DNA of 64,000 bases from an uncultured bacterium (lineage in GTDB: Bacteria > Acidobacteriota > Vicinamibacteria > Vicinamibacterales > UBA8438). The notes beneath the pieces are model-generated. The model ran no database searches, was not told where the DNA came from, and was given only the letters and a program-made list of their open reading frames with translations. The position numbers and the translations under genes were made by a program. Below, one piece after another: positions 17,353 through 27,419 of the stretch (its first letter is position 1; the number at the start of each line of letters is the position of its first letter). The stretch lies in the NCBI GenBank assembly GCA_963934795.1, contig CAWWAF010000002.1:21330-85329 (forward strand), read 5' to 3'.

Positions 17353-19193
17353 CACCCCTGCTGTTTCTCATGTGGCGGTCGCTACATGGCCGCGTGACGC
17401 GGTGGCTTCGGCTCATGAAGCAGCCGAAGTATCTGGTCGGAACGCTGGCCGGCGTGGCGTGGATGGCGATGTTTGCGCTGCGCCCGATGCTACGCGCCAA
17501 CCGCACCGCCGAGTTGGGCGAGCAGATCGCCAACATCGTGGAATGGCTCCCGGCACTCGAGACGGCCGCGGCCCTGGCGTTGGTGGTTGCCCTGTCGCTG
17601 TGGTGGCTGTGGCCGTTCGGCAAGGCGTCGCTTGAGTTGAGCGAAACCGAACTGCATCTCCTCTTGCCGGCACCGGTACGGCGGAGACACCTGATCCAGT
17701 ACGCCTTGTTGCGCAGTCAATGGGGCATCTTGTTTGGCTGTTTCATGATTTCGTTGTTCTCCTCTGGCGGCGTGCCGGGCCTCTTCGCCTGGCGATTCCT
17801 CACCGTCTGGATGCTCTTGACGCTCTGGCATTTGCATGGCCGCGGCCGCGGCCTGTGGCTCGCCCGTCTCCAGGAATTGCCCCGAGCCCTTGCTTGGCGC
17901 AGGCGAGCGGCGGTGGTGGCGGTGGTGGCGAGCGTGTGGGTGCTCTTGGCATCTGGAATCGCCTCGTTGGCAACGCCGCTCTCAGAGCTCAGTACCGACG
18001 GCGCCGCGACCCTACAGGGGACCCTCTCGCTGGAACGGTTACGAACTGACGCTCCCCTGTTCGCACTGCTACTCACGCCGACGCGGTGGCTGGTCGGCCC
18101 GACCTTTGGTGGATTGGTCCCCAACGCCCCACTCGTGGGACGGCTTGCGTCCGCCGCCTGGCCGCTCCTCCTGGTGATCGCCCACAACGAGTGGGTCGTG
18201 CGGTCGCAGACCCGTTTCGAAGAGGCCACACTGGAACGGTCACGCCGGCAAGCCGCGAAGGGGGACGCGGCAGCGCGTTTTCGCAAGGTCCGGCGACGTC
18301 GACGCCTGCACGCGCCGTTCACGCTCAGACCCGTCGGGCGCCCTGAAACGGCCATCGTGTGGAAGAACCTGATGCTGGCACATCGCACCCATCTTGGTGT
18401 GGCGGTCGGCGCCGGCGCGGCCGTCGTCGCGGTCGCGGCCGTCGTCGTCGCGTCAACCGGGCTGCCAACGTGGTTGATCGCGATCATGACCGTGGCCGGG
18501 ACGGTAGGGCTGGGTGTCACGCCGCTGATGGCCGGGCACCAGTGGCGCAATGACTTGCGCACCGATTTGCTACGGATCGACGTCATCCGGACCTGGCCCA
18601 TCGACGGCTGGCGCTTGTTCACGTCACAAGTGGTACCACCCGCGATGGTCGCAACCCTCTACGCGGCGGGCGCGGGCGGCCTGCTGCTGATCGCCGGCAT
18701 CGCGGCCACGCGCCCTGGCGCCAGCGGCACAGTGCTTCTACCGCCCGACCTGGCCACGTCGCTCGGTGTGTCCCAGCTCACCTTGCTGTTGCTCGGGCTG
18801 GCCACCCTGCTACCGCTCGTGGCCGCGGTCGCAGCACTGTCAGCCACCCTCCAGAATCTGCTGGCCTTGCTCTGGCCCAGTTGGATCCAGTTGGGCCAAC
18901 GTCGTGCCGGGTCGGCCGCCCACATCGGGCAAGGGATGTTGACCGGCCTGGGACTGCTGGTGGCCCTGGCGGTGGGGCTGCTGCCAGGCGGGCTCCTCAT
19001 CGGCACCTGGTTGTTTCTCCAATTGCGCGTAGCGGAGGTGCCGCTTATCGCGTGGCAGCTGCCGCTGCTGGGTATGACTGCCGTCATCCCCCTCGCCGTC
19101 ATTGTCTGGCTCCTGACCAGATTCGGAGGCGTGCTCTGGGATCAATTGGACCCATCGGCAGAACTGCTCGGAGCGGGACGAGCGGCTTCCTAA
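17349..19193 (+). CDS. large multi-pass membrane protein, putative ABC exporter membrane component
   Basis: Start overlaps the ATPase stop (GTGA). 614 aa with many hydrophobic helices. Assignment rests on coupling to the ATPase. Confidence 0.7.
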   Translation: MTPLLFLMWRSLHGRVTRWLRLMKQPKYLVGTLAGVAWMAMFALRPMLRANRTAELGEQIANIVEWLPALETAAALALVVALSLWWLWPFGKASLELSETELHLLLPAPVRRRHLIQYALLRSQWGILFGCFMISLFSSGGVPGLFAWRFLTVWMLLTLWHLHGRGRGLWLARLQELPRALAWRRRAAVVAVVASVWVLLASGIASLATPLSELSTDGAATLQGTLSLERLRTDAPLFALLLTPTRWLVGPTFGGLVPNAPLVGRLASAAWPLLLVIAHNEWVVRSQTRFEEATLERSRRQAAKGDAAARFRKVRRRRRLHAPFTLRPVGRPETAIVWKNLMLAHRTHLGVAVGAGAAVVAVAAVVVASTGLPTWLIAIMTVAGTVGLGVTPLMAGHQWRNDLRTDLLRIDVIRTWPIDGWRLFTSQVVPPAMVATLYAAGAGGLLLIAGIAATRPGASGTVLLPPDLATSLGVSQLTLLLLGLATLLPLVAAVAALSATLQNLLALLWPSWIQLGQRRAGSAAHIGQGMLTGLGLLVALAVGLLPGGLLIGTWLFLQLRVAEVPLIAWQLPLLGMTAVIPLAVIVWLLTRFGGVLWDQLDPSAELLGAGRAAS

Positions 19194-19204
19194 CTCGCCT
19201 CTGA

Positions 19205-19633
19205 CTACGGCGCGAAGCTTGACCGCGACCGGATGCCCCACCGGTTATCAATGCGCGTGACGATATACAGGGAGTCGAATTTGGCGAGTCGTTCGTCAGC
19301 GGCGTTGTAGCGGCTGAAGATGACAACAACGTGCACCTTGTCAGGGTAGGCCTGCACGACGGTCCTTCGGTCCCACGCGCTGTGATCCCAGCCGAACCGT
19401 TCGGCGAACCTCACAAAATCAAACTGATCGACGCACTCCTGGAAGGTCTCGTAGCTGCGGACCGCGCCACTCGCGAACCGCACGTGTGGATAGTGGAACG
19501 TCCCCCCCTCGGGCGGGGCCTTGTCCCGTCCAGGGAGGGTGACGCCAGAGCTGTTCAGGACACCGCCATGCGAACGGGCTATGGCCCAGCGCCTCCACTG
19601 CATCACCGGGCTCGAGGCACGAGCCACAGACAT
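19205..19633 (-). CDS. hypothetical protein, possibly NTF2-like (SnoaL/DUF4440-type) fold
   Basis: ORF 19205..19753. Start moved to ATG 19633-19631, just downstream of the exbD terminator. The C-terminal pattern ...VHVVVIFSRYNAADERLAKFDSLYIVTRIDNRWGI resembles NTF2-like proteins. Confidence 0.5.
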   Translation of the reverse strand: MSVARASSPVMQWRRWAIARSHGGVLNSSGVTLPGRDKAPPEGGTFHYPHVRFASGAVRSYETFQECVDQFDFVRFAERFGWDHSAWDRRTVVQAYPDKVHVVVIFSRYNAADERLAKFDSLYIVTRIDNRWGIRSRSSFAP

Positions 19634-19648
19634 GGCGTCGTCGTACAT

Positions 19649-19681
19649 AAAAAAAACCGACGTGGCAGAACGCCACGCCGG
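19649..19681 (-). terminator. rho-independent terminator after the tonB-exbBDD operon
   Basis: The minus strand reads CCGGCGTGGCG-TTCT-GCCACGTCGG followed by TTTTTTTT (one mismatch in the stem), 26 nt after the exbD stop. Confidence 0.7.
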
Positions 19682-19706
19682 TTCCAGTGTTTCCCGCTCG
19701 TTCGGC

Positions 19707-20168
19707 CTACAGCGCGTCGGCTCCGCCGGACCGCCGCATCTGCTCGGTGACAATACCCACCTTGGTGATACCAGCGCCTTTCGCGGCGTCGATCACTTCG
19801 ATGATCTCACCATACCGAAGATTTCCAGCACCAGCAATGAACATCGTCTTCTCGCGACGTTGTTCAAAAATGGTACGCAAGCGCTGCTCAAGCTGCTGAA
19901 TCGCCACCGGCTGCTGATTGATCGTAATCACGCGATCAGCGGTGTACTGCAGCACGATTTGGCTTGAATCGGCGGCCGCCTGCTGCGCGCCGCGTGTCTC
20001 GAGCGGTAGATTGATATCGAGACCACGCTGCGACAGAGGCAACGCCGCCAGGAAGATCACGATCAGCACCAGCAACACGTCGATAAACGGCGTGATATTG
20101 ATGTCCGCATTGGAGTGTGGTGCCTCGGCGGTGACAACATCGTCCGCCTCGTGATGACGATTACTCAT
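19707..20168 (-). CDS. exbD: biopolymer transport protein ExbD/TolR
   Basis: ORF 19707..20222. Start moved to ATG 20168-20166 (MSNRHHEADD...INITPFIDVLLVLIVIF). Confidence 0.85.
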   Translation of the reverse strand: MSNRHHEADDVVTAEAPHSNADINITPFIDVLLVLIVIFLAALPLSQRGLDINLPLETRGAQQAAADSSQIVLQYTADRVITINQQPVAIQQLEQRLRTIFEQRREKTMFIAGAGNLRYGEIIEVIDAAKGAGITKVGIVTEQMRRSGGADAL

Positions 20169-20169
20169 C

Positions 20170-20631
20170 CTATTCGCCCCCTCCGGCGCCGGCGCCTTCG
20201 CCACCACCGCCGCCACTGCCAACCTTGCGCTCGGTGATCAGCCCGATGTTCTCAATGCCCGCTCGCTGAAGCCGGTCAAGGACGCTCATCACGCTGCTGT
20301 ATTGCGCGTCCTGGTCCGCCTTGATCAGCACGACCCGCTCAAGCTTGCGTTCGAGCGCAGCCTGGACGTTGTTCAACATCTCAGTCTCTGAAGACTCGAT
20401 GTTGTCGACGAAGAAACGACCATCGGCGGTGACCGCCAGCGTCGTCTGCTCATCGCTTTCAGGCTTGTCTTCGGTGTTCGCAGCCTCGGGCAGCGTGAGG
20501 TCAACGCCCTGCTGCAAAAGGGGGGCGATCAGCATGACGATGATGAGCAGGACCAGCATCACATCCGCAAGCGGAGTGATGTTGATCTCCGAATTCATCC
20601 CGCCCTTCTCGCCGCCTACACTCATTCCCAT
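20170..20631 (-). CDS. exbD: biopolymer transport protein ExbD/TolR (second copy)
   Basis: ORF track. EINITPLADVMLVLLIIVM TM segment plus the ExbD periplasmic domain. Confidence 0.85.
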   Translation of the reverse strand: MGMSVGGEKGGMNSEINITPLADVMLVLLIIVMLIAPLLQQGVDLTLPEAANTEDKPESDEQTTLAVTADGRFFVDNIESSETEMLNNVQAALERKLERVVLIKADQDAQYSSVMSVLDRLQRAGIENIGLITERKVGSGGGGGEGAGAGGGE

Positions 20632-20708
20632 AGGTATGCCTCCTCGGCTCGTCCCGGTATGGTTGTTGGGACGGCCTGCCGCGAGTGACGCGGCAGGCCG
20701 TCACCCCA

Positions 20709-21380
20709 CTAGTCCGACTTCTTGATGAAGTAGTCGACGAGCTCGGACGACGAGTTGTCCATCTCGACAGCGAAGAACTCGATACGGGACGTGAGGTAGT
20801 TGTAGAACCACACGGCCGGAATAGCCACGAGCAGCCCGACGGCGGTCCCGACGAGCGCTTCGGAAATACCAGCCGACACCGACCCCAGACCGCCAGAACC
20901 GGACGCCGCAATGCCCTGGAACGCGTTGATAACACCGATGGTCGTGGCCAACAGGCCGACGAACACGGCGGTCGCGCCGATGGTGGCCAGCGCGCCCATA
21001 CCCTTCTTCAGGTCGGCGGCTGTCAATGCGCTCGCGCGTTGGATCGACCGTTTCACGGCGTCAATCACGTCGTCACGGCCCAGCGCGACACCCGATTCGC
21101 TCTGGAACTGATACTCCTGCAAGCCAGCCAACACCACTTTACCAAGGTGGCTGTACTTGTAGTTCTTCGACTGCGACACGGCGATCGCATCCTTGAGACG
21201 GCCATCTTTGAGGTGCTTCGCCGCCTGCGGTGCAAACAACTTGGACTGTTTCGCCGCCTGCGTAAATGTGAACAACCGCTCGAAGAACACGCCCACCGAC
21301 CACATTGACATGAACGCCAGCATGATCATGAGTGACTTGACCGGAATGCCCATCTCTACCCACATCGTGACAAAATCCAT
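20709..21380 (-). CDS. exbB: MotA/TolQ/ExbB proton-channel protein
   Basis: ORF track. Three TM segments, with the conserved GLLGTV-like (GLLATTIGVINAF) and EALVGTAVGL motifs. Confidence 0.9.
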   Translation of the reverse strand: MDFVTMWVEMGIPVKSLMIMLAFMSMWSVGVFFERLFTFTQAAKQSKLFAPQAAKHLKDGRLKDAIAVSQSKNYKYSHLGKVVLAGLQEYQFQSESGVALGRDDVIDAVKRSIQRASALTAADLKKGMGALATIGATAVFVGLLATTIGVINAFQGIAASGSGGLGSVSAGISEALVGTAVGLLVAIPAVWFYNYLTSRIEFFAVEMDNSSSELVDYFIKKSD

Positions 21381-21482
21381 TGTGCCTCCTACCTAAGTTT
21401 CAAAGCCCTGATTCGTCGAGCCACGGCGCACCGGGCCTCCGGCACGTGCCGCACCACAGTTTCTTCGTTCGTACCCAACCTG

Positions 21483-22214
21483 TTAACGCAACTGGAAATT
21501 CACGGTTACCGTCATGATGACCGGCACGGGCGACCCGTTGAGCATGGTCGGGCTGTATTCCCACTGCCTGACAGCGCGCATCGCAGCCTCGTCGAGCAGA
21601 GCCACCGACCGTAGCACCTTGACGTCCGTAACCCGACCGTCGGCCCCGATCACAGCCTCGAGAATAACGACACCAGACACCCGGGCAGACTGTGCGACCG
21701 GCGGGTAGATAGGGTTGACGTTTCTCGTCTTTTCGGGGGGACTGATGTTGCCACCCACACGCACAGGCTCCGCGGGTGGTGGTGGTGGCGGCGGTGGCGG
21801 CGGTGGCGGCGGCGCGGCCAAGAGTCCACCGACCACACCGCCGACAACCCCACCCGAGATACCGCCTTCGACACCTCGTACCTCGCTGAGGTCGAAGCCG
21901 GTCTCTGGCGCAATCTCGGCCGGGGCTTCAATCGGGGCAGCGTTCGGGTTCACGTCGATGATGGGCGCCGCGACGGCTTGTGCGGCGGCCGGCGGCGGCG
22001 GCGGCGGTGGTGGTGGTGGTGGTGGTGGTGGTGCCGCAACGAACGCCATCATGGATGGCACCGTCGGCAACGCGTCGGCGGCCAGGAGCGGTACGATGAC
22101 GATTGCCCCGATCCCGGCGACGTGGGCGAGGATCGAGACCGGCACCGTATACCACTTTTGAGCGCCGATCTGGATCGACGGGCTCGAGATTTCACCAAAC
22201 ATCTGATGTGCCAC
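21483..22214 (-). CDS. tonB: energy transducer TonB
   Basis: N-terminal TM, two poly-Pro spacers, and a C-terminal TonB domain (PIYPPVAQSARVSGVVILEAVIGADGRVTDVKVLRS...). Confidence 0.85.
   Translation of the reverse strand: MAHQMFGEISSPSIQIGAQKWYTVPVSILAHVAGIGAIVIVPLLAADALPTVPSMMAFVAAPPPPPPPPPPPPPPAAAQAVAAPIIDVNPNAAPIEAPAEIAPETGFDLSEVRGVEGGISGGVVGGVVGGLLAAPPPPPPPPPPPPPAEPVRVGGNISPPEKTRNVNPIYPPVAQSARVSGVVILEAVIGADGRVTDVKVLRSVALLDEAAMRAVRQWEYSPTMLNGSPVPVIMTVTVNFQLR
21774..21812 (-). repeat. (NGG)13 triplet tract encoding 13 consecutive prolines in TonB
   Basis: Codons counted by hand: ggg tgg x4 cgg cgg tgg cgg cgg tgg cgg cgg on the plus strand. Confidence 0.9.
21990..22031 (-). repeat. (CGG)6(TGG)8 triplet tract encoding 14 consecutive prolines in TonB
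   Basis: Codons counted by hand on the plus strand. Confidence 0.9.
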
Positions 22215-22267
22215 TTATACCTCCTCAACCCCGTAACGGAGCTGCCGACGCCTCAATGAGAGGGTCG

Positions 22268-22296
22268 ATTATATGCAGAGCCCCAGGCGGTGTCAA
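22268..22296 (-). promoter_or_regulatory. consensus sigma-70 promoter TTGACA-17 nt-TATAAT for the tonB-exbB-exbD-exbD operon
   Basis: The minus strand reads gcgTTGACAccgcctggggctctgcaTATAATcgaccc. The -10 element ends about 53 nt upstream of the tonB ATG, and a GAGGAGG Shine-Dalgarno precedes the start. Confidence 0.6.
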
Positions 22297-22407
22297 CGCT
22301 CCCGAGGGACAGCCCAGTGAGTCCCCGTAAGCCCTGCAAATCAGCCTGGAACTTCGCATTGCATGGTGCACTTTGCTATTTGTAGTAATTAGACACCGAT
22401 TCGACAA

Positions 22408-24516
22408 TTACTGCATCCAGACGACGACCAGCGGCACAAAAATGACCGCCACGATCGTCATGAGCTTGATCAAGATATTAAGGCTGGGCCCCGATGTGTC
22501 CTTGAACGGGTCGCCAACGGTGTCACCGATCACGGCCGCCTTGTGCGGCTCCGACCCCTTGCCGCCGTGGTGTCCCTCTTCGATCAGCTTCTTGGCGTTG
22601 TCCCAGGCGCCTCCGGCGTTGGCCATCATCAACGCCATGAGCACGCCCGTTACCAACGCTCCGGCGAGGAGACCAGCCAAACCAGACACACCAAGCACGA
22701 AGCCGGTGGCCACCGGCGCGAGCACGGCCAGCAACCCGGGCAGAATCATCTCCTTGATGGCCGAACGGGTCGAGATGGCCACGCAGCGTGCCGAATCCGG
22801 CTCGGCCGTCCCCTCGAGCAATCCGGGAATGGATTTAAACTGACGACGGACCTCCTCGATCATCTCGTTCGCCGAGCGCCCCACGGCGTTCATCGTCAGG
22901 GCGGAAAAGATAAACGGCAGCATCCCACCGACAAACATCCCTATAAGGACGTTCGGGTTGGTCAGTTCCAACGACAAAAGCCGGCTGTCGAATGCAGCCG
23001 CGCCACCCGCCGCCGCCACCGCCGCGGCCGCTTCGGACTGGAACGTCGAGAAGAGCGCCAGCGCGGTCAAGGCGGCGGAGCCGATGGCGAACCCTTTGCC
23101 CATTGCCGCAGTGGTGTTGCCAACGGCGTCGAGCGCGTCTGTCCGTTCGCGCACGAACGGCTCACACTTGCTCATCTCGGCGATGCCGCCCGCGTTGTCC
23201 GCGACGGGACCATACGCGTCGACTCCCAGGCTGATGCCCAACGTCGACAGCATGCCGACCGCGGCAATGGCGATGCCGTATAGCTCACCCAACTGATAGC
23301 TGAAGAAGATGGCCGCGCAGATGACCAACACGGGATAGCCGCACGACATCATACCGACGCCCAGCCCCGCGATGATATTGGTCGCCGGCCCGGTCTTCGA
23401 CTGCTCCGCAATGTGGGCGACCGGCGGCATGTCCTTGCCGGTGTAGTACTCCGTAATCTTCCCGATGATGACGCCGGAGAGCACCCCCACCACCACGCAT
23501 CCCATGACCGCCCACGGTACGGCCGTGACCTGAATGAGTACGGCCGCGCCCGCGATGACGATGACCGAGGCCACCATGAGTCCGCGGAGCAACGCGCTCT
23601 GGACCTTGCTCTCGTCGTCCGTCCGGACGGTGAATGTGCCGAGAATCGACGCCACGATTCCGAACCCGGCCAGCAGAATCGGAAACACGGCCAGGTCTGT
23701 CTGCATGGCAGCGAACGAGCCGCTGTCGATGCCCCACAGGGATTCGGCGGTCGCGGCGGTCAACGCCCACGCGAGCGCGATGGACGCGATGATGCTGCCG
23801 ACATACGACTCGAAGAGGTCGGCGCCCATCCCGGCGACGTCCCCGACGTTGTCACCGACGCTGTCCGCAATGGTGGCCGGGTTACGCGGGTCGTCCTCCG
23901 GAATCCCGGCCTCCACTTTGCCCGAGAGATCGCCGGCCACATCAGCGGCCTTCGTGAAGATGCCACCGCCGACTCGAGCGAAGAGCGCAATCGATGACGC
24001 GCCGAGAGAGAGCCCGAAGAGGGAGTCGATCGCAGCCGGACCGTTACCGCTCATCCCGCCATAGAGGTAGTACAGAATCGCGACACCCAACGTGCCGAGG
24101 GCGACGACGGTGAGGCCCATGACGGCGCCGCTCGAGAACGCCACTTGCAGCGCGGACGCAAGGCTGGTTTGTGCCGCCGCAGTGGTTCGCACCGCAGCCC
24201 CGGTGGCCGTGCGCATGCCGATCCAGCCCGCCACGCCGGACAGCGCGGCGCCGACGAGAAAGCTGACGCCCACCAGCAGCGCATCACCTGGCAGAAAAAC
24301 CACGAGGATGACGAACATGACGCCGACGAACACCGCGAGCACGCTGTACTCCGTCTTCAGGAACGCCATCGCCCCGGCCCTGATCAGGGCGGCGATCTGC
24401 TGCATGCGCTCGGTGCCAGCGTCGCGGCGGTTGATGCCCTTGGCCAGTACGAACGCGAAGATGGCGGCCGCAATTGGCGCGCCGAACCCGAAGACTAAAA
24501 AAAGTGGATTATCCAT
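22408..24516 (-). CDS. hppA: membrane-bound (H+/Na+-translocating) inorganic pyrophosphatase
   Basis: 702 aa with about 16 TM segments. Hallmark motifs include [18 protein letters not shown] and [22 protein letters not shown]. Confidence 0.95.
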   Translation of the reverse strand: MDNPLFLVFGFGAPIAAAIFAFVLAKGINRRDAGTERMQQIAALIRAGAMAFLKTEYSVLAVFVGVMFVILVVFLPGDALLVGVSFLVGAALSGVAGWIGMRTATGAAVRTTAAAQTSLASALQVAFSSGAVMGLTVVALGTLGVAILYYLYGGMSGNGPAAIDSLFGLSLGASSIALFARVGGGIFTKAADVAGDLSGKVEAGIPEDDPRNPATIADSVGDNVGDVAGMGADLFESYVGSIIASIALAWALTAATAESLWGIDSGSFAAMQTDLAVFPILLAGFGIVASILGTFTVRTDDESKVQSALLRGLMVASVIVIAGAAVLIQVTAVPWAVMGCVVVGVLSGVIIGKITEYYTGKDMPPVAHIAEQSKTGPATNIIAGLGVGMMSCGYPVLVICAAIFFSYQLGELYGIAIAAVGMLSTLGISLGVDAYGPVADNAGGIAEMSKCEPFVRERTDALDAVGNTTAAMGKGFAIGSAALTALALFSTFQSEAAAAVAAAGGAAAFDSRLLSLELTNPNVLIGMFVGGMLPFIFSALTMNAVGRSANEMIEEVRRQFKSIPGLLEGTAEPDSARCVAISTRSAIKEMILPGLLAVLAPVATGFVLGVSGLAGLLAGALVTGVLMALMMANAGGAWDNAKKLIEEGHHGGKGSEPHKAAVIGDTVGDPFKDTSGPSLNILIKLMTIVAVIFVPLVVVWMQ

Positions 24517-24662
24517 TCCGTCCCTGTTTCTCCCTCAGTTCAACGTCGCCCGGACGGCGTTGCGCCGTTGCCGCCGACTACGCACGCGGCTCAAGCGCAG
24601 ACGATGGCGACGAACCCGTCCATCAGAAAGCCCGACAAGCTAACAGTCGCGGTCGACTGCTG

Positions 24663-25316
24663 TCAAGCGACGGGGTCGGCACCGCCGGGACCAGCCCCGT
24701 CGGACCCGCATGCATCTTCCGTGGCGGCTCGAGCGGACTTCAGCGCTCGTCGCACCGCCATTCCACCGGTCAGGAAAACCCGAACGCCTTCCTGAACGGT
24801 CAGCTCCGGATAGGTCACCCGATGCTTTGGCACAATCCGGACGTCCCCCAGGTAGAGATGGTTGGTCGGCACGTACACGGCCAGCACCGACTCGCCCCCA
24901 CGCCCCTGGTCGAGGCTGAACTCTTTGGTCAAGAACCCGAGTACATACCCGGCCGCTGGATCCTCAATGAGGACCACGCGCTTGAACGCCAGCTCGTTTT
25001 CCGGCGAAAACGCCGCCACCAGTTGCTTCACCGGCGCATACACGGCTCGAAACACCGGGAGCTTGAGTAGATACGATTCGCCGCGCTGTAGCACCCGCTT
25101 ACCGATCACGTTGGTTGCCAGTGCGCCGACCACGAATACGATGAGCAGCGTGGTCGCCAGCCCCAATCCAGGCACCTCGCGCCCAAGGAGCTGGGTGTAC
25201 AGCGGCGCCATAACCCCGTCTATCAGGCGAAACGCCCATACCAGCGCGGCCACGCTGATGATGAGCGGCACCATCACAAAACACCCCGCGATGAAGCTAC
25301 GTCGAATCCATTGCAT
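24663..25316 (-). CDS. DUF502 family membrane protein
   Basis: ORF track. The N-terminal region MQWIRRSFIAGCFVMVPLIISVAALVWAFRLIDG and the overall layout fit DUF502. Confidence 0.75.
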   Translation of the reverse strand: MQWIRRSFIAGCFVMVPLIISVAALVWAFRLIDGVMAPLYTQLLGREVPGLGLATTLLIVFVVGALATNVIGKRVLQRGESYLLKLPVFRAVYAPVKQLVAAFSPENELAFKRVVLIEDPAAGYVLGFLTKEFSLDQGRGGESVLAVYVPTNHLYLGDVRIVPKHRVTYPELTVQEGVRVFLTGGMAVRRALKSARAATEDACGSDGAGPGGADPVA

Positions 25317-25343
25317 CGCTGGTCCTACCCCGGGCTGTGTCGT

Positions 25344-26222
25344 TTACGTGGTGACGAGCCAAACGCCCAACGCGGCGGCAAGTGCCAGGCGGTAATACAC
25401 AAATATGTTGAGCGTGTGGCTCACCAGATACCTCAGGAGTGCCGCCACTGCTACGTAGCCGACCACGCCAGACGCGCCGAATCCCACGAGCAGTATCCCC
25501 GTTTCATCGGCCAGCCCGGTTGGTCCGAGGGTCCAGGCGGCTCTCCCGCCTGCGCCCAGGATGGCCGGGATACCGAGCAAGAACGCGAACCGCGCGCCTT
25601 CCTCACGCCGCAGCCCTGTCAGCAATGCACCGGTCATGACCACGCCGGACCGCGACACGCCTGGTACGAGCGCGGCGGCTTGGGCCAATCCCAGCAAGCT
25701 CGCCTCGACCGCCGACAAGGACGTTCCGGCGCGGCTCCTCGTCCCCAGACGCTCCGCCAGAAACATGGCCGCTGCGCCGAGCGAGAGCGCGATCGCCGCC
25801 ACTTCCGGGGTGCGCAGCCGCTCGATGACGTCGGCAAAGAGCCACCCGGTGAGCGCCAGCGGCACCGTGGCGATGACGATCAGGCGGCCCAGGCGAGGCA
25901 TCTCGCCTGGGCGCCCCATCAGCGCTTGGGGACCAGCGACAATGAGCGCCGCCACATCGGATCGAAAATACAGCACCACCGCGAGCAGCGTTCCGAGATG
26001 ACATACCACATCGAACGGTATCTCAGCTGCGCCTGCATCCCACCCGAGCAGATCGCGGACGAGAATCAGGTGCGCGGAACTAGACACGGGAAGAAACTCG
26101 GTCAGCCCCTGCACAACCCCGAGCACCGCCGCCTGAAAAAGGGTCACTGGAGGGACGTCGCACGCGACACCGGCTGCCGACGACGCCATGGACAGGGCGG
26201 ACAGAGGTGCGTGGGGGTGCAC
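25344..26222 (-). CDS. uppP: undecaprenyl-diphosphate phosphatase
   Basis: Motif VLGVVQGLTEFLPVSSSAHL and a C-terminal PGVSRSG motif. The true start may be the internal ATG at 26189. Confidence 0.9.
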   Translation of the reverse strand: MHPHAPLSALSMASSAAGVACDVPPVTLFQAAVLGVVQGLTEFLPVSSSAHLILVRDLLGWDAGAAEIPFDVVCHLGTLLAVVLYFRSDVAALIVAGPQALMGRPGEMPRLGRLIVIATVPLALTGWLFADVIERLRTPEVAAIALSLGAAAMFLAERLGTRSRAGTSLSAVEASLLGLAQAAALVPGVSRSGVVMTGALLTGLRREEGARFAFLLGIPAILGAGGRAAWTLGPTGLADETGILLVGFGASGVVGYVAVAALLRYLVSHTLNIFVYYRLALAAALGVWLVTT

Positions 26223-26373
26223 GAAAGCCGTCGCTGGCCGACCTGAGTCGCAGCTAGACGCGTCGCACGTTTCGTACGCATTATTCTGCTGTCCGCGCGG
26301 CCTCGTGGTCCGATGCAGCGCCCGGCGTGGGCCATCTCGCAGTATGTGCTGGCGCGCGTGCCCTCGGGCTCAC

Positions 26374-27366
26374 CTACGCGCGTGCCCGGGCGCGAGCCTT
26401 CTTCGCCCGCCGCTTGGGCTTCGAAGTCGACTGGTCACCGCCCGAGACGTGCCGAGACCGCCGGGCAGCACGACGTTCGCTGATCACGATAGCTGCGGCA
26501 GCGGCGATGAAGATGGTCGAATAGGTGCCGCTGACGACGCCAACCAGTATGGTGAAAGCAAACCCCTCCAGCACCTCGCCGCCAGCGACAAACAACGCGA
26601 GGGCGGCGAACGCCGTCGTGCCGGAAGTAATGACGGTGCGACTCAGCGTTTGGTTGATACTCGTGTTGACCAGTGTGTCGAATGAGTCGCGCCGCATCTG
26701 GCGCATATTCTCGCGCACTCGGTCGAAGACCACGATGGAGTCGTTCACCGAATACCCGGTGATGGTCAGCATGGCGGCCACGACATTGAGCGACAGGTCG
26801 TATCCGAAGAACGTGAGCAACGCCAAGGTGATCAGGATGTCGTGAACAACAGCGATGATGGCGCCAACCGCGAAACTGAACCGGAACCGGAGCCCGATGT
26901 AGACGAGGATCCCCAACATGGCGAAGACGAAGGCGTACACACCGCGCCGCTTCAACTCCTCGCCGATGATCGGCCCGACCAAATCACGACGCACGACCGT
27001 GAACTCGCCGGCACTACTTTGGCTAACGGCCTCCAACACCGCAGTGGCACCGTCCTCCAGGCTGGTACCTTGTTCGGCTCCACCCTGCGGCAAGCGGATC
27101 ATGACGGTGTTGTCGCTCGGATCGCCCGACTCCTGAACGACACTCTCCTCGACGACCTCGCCGATGGCACCGCGCAAGGTGTCCTGCGTGACCGGCGCGT
27201 CGAACTCGAGGATGAGGATCGTGCCGCCTGAGAAGTCAATCCCCAGCGCCAAACCACCCTGCACCGCAATTGCGACCGCACCGCTCGCGATGATCACCAA
27301 CGACAGACCCACCGCAGGCCAGCGCCACTTGAGGAAATCAAACTTGGGGTTCTTGAAAATGGCCAT
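26374..27366 (-). CDS. secF: protein translocase subunit SecF
   Basis: ORF track. SecF family motifs and position after secD. Confidence 0.9.
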   Translation of the reverse strand: MAIFKNPKFDFLKWRWPAVGLSLVIIASGAVAIAVQGGLALGIDFSGGTILILEFDAPVTQDTLRGAIGEVVEESVVQESGDPSDNTVMIRLPQGGAEQGTSLEDGATAVLEAVSQSSAGEFTVVRRDLVGPIIGEELKRRGVYAFVFAMLGILVYIGLRFRFSFAVGAIIAVVHDILITLALLTFFGYDLSLNVVAAMLTITGYSVNDSIVVFDRVRENMRQMRRDSFDTLVNTSINQTLSRTVITSGTTAFAALALFVAGGEVLEGFAFTILVGVVSGTYSTIFIAAAAAIVISERRAARRSRHVSGGDQSTSKPKRRAKKARARARA

Positions 27367-27419
27367 GCGCGCGTTTCGCGTCCTGATTGTTTGGGAGCGT
27401 TAAAACTGAAGGCTCAGCC

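Noticed and set aside
22347-22363. Sigma-54-like TGGAAC-N-TTGCA element on the + strand
   Set aside because: The GG-to-GC spacing is one nucleotide too long relative to TGGCAC-N5-TTGC. There is also no + strand gene downstream; it points into the 3' end of hppA.
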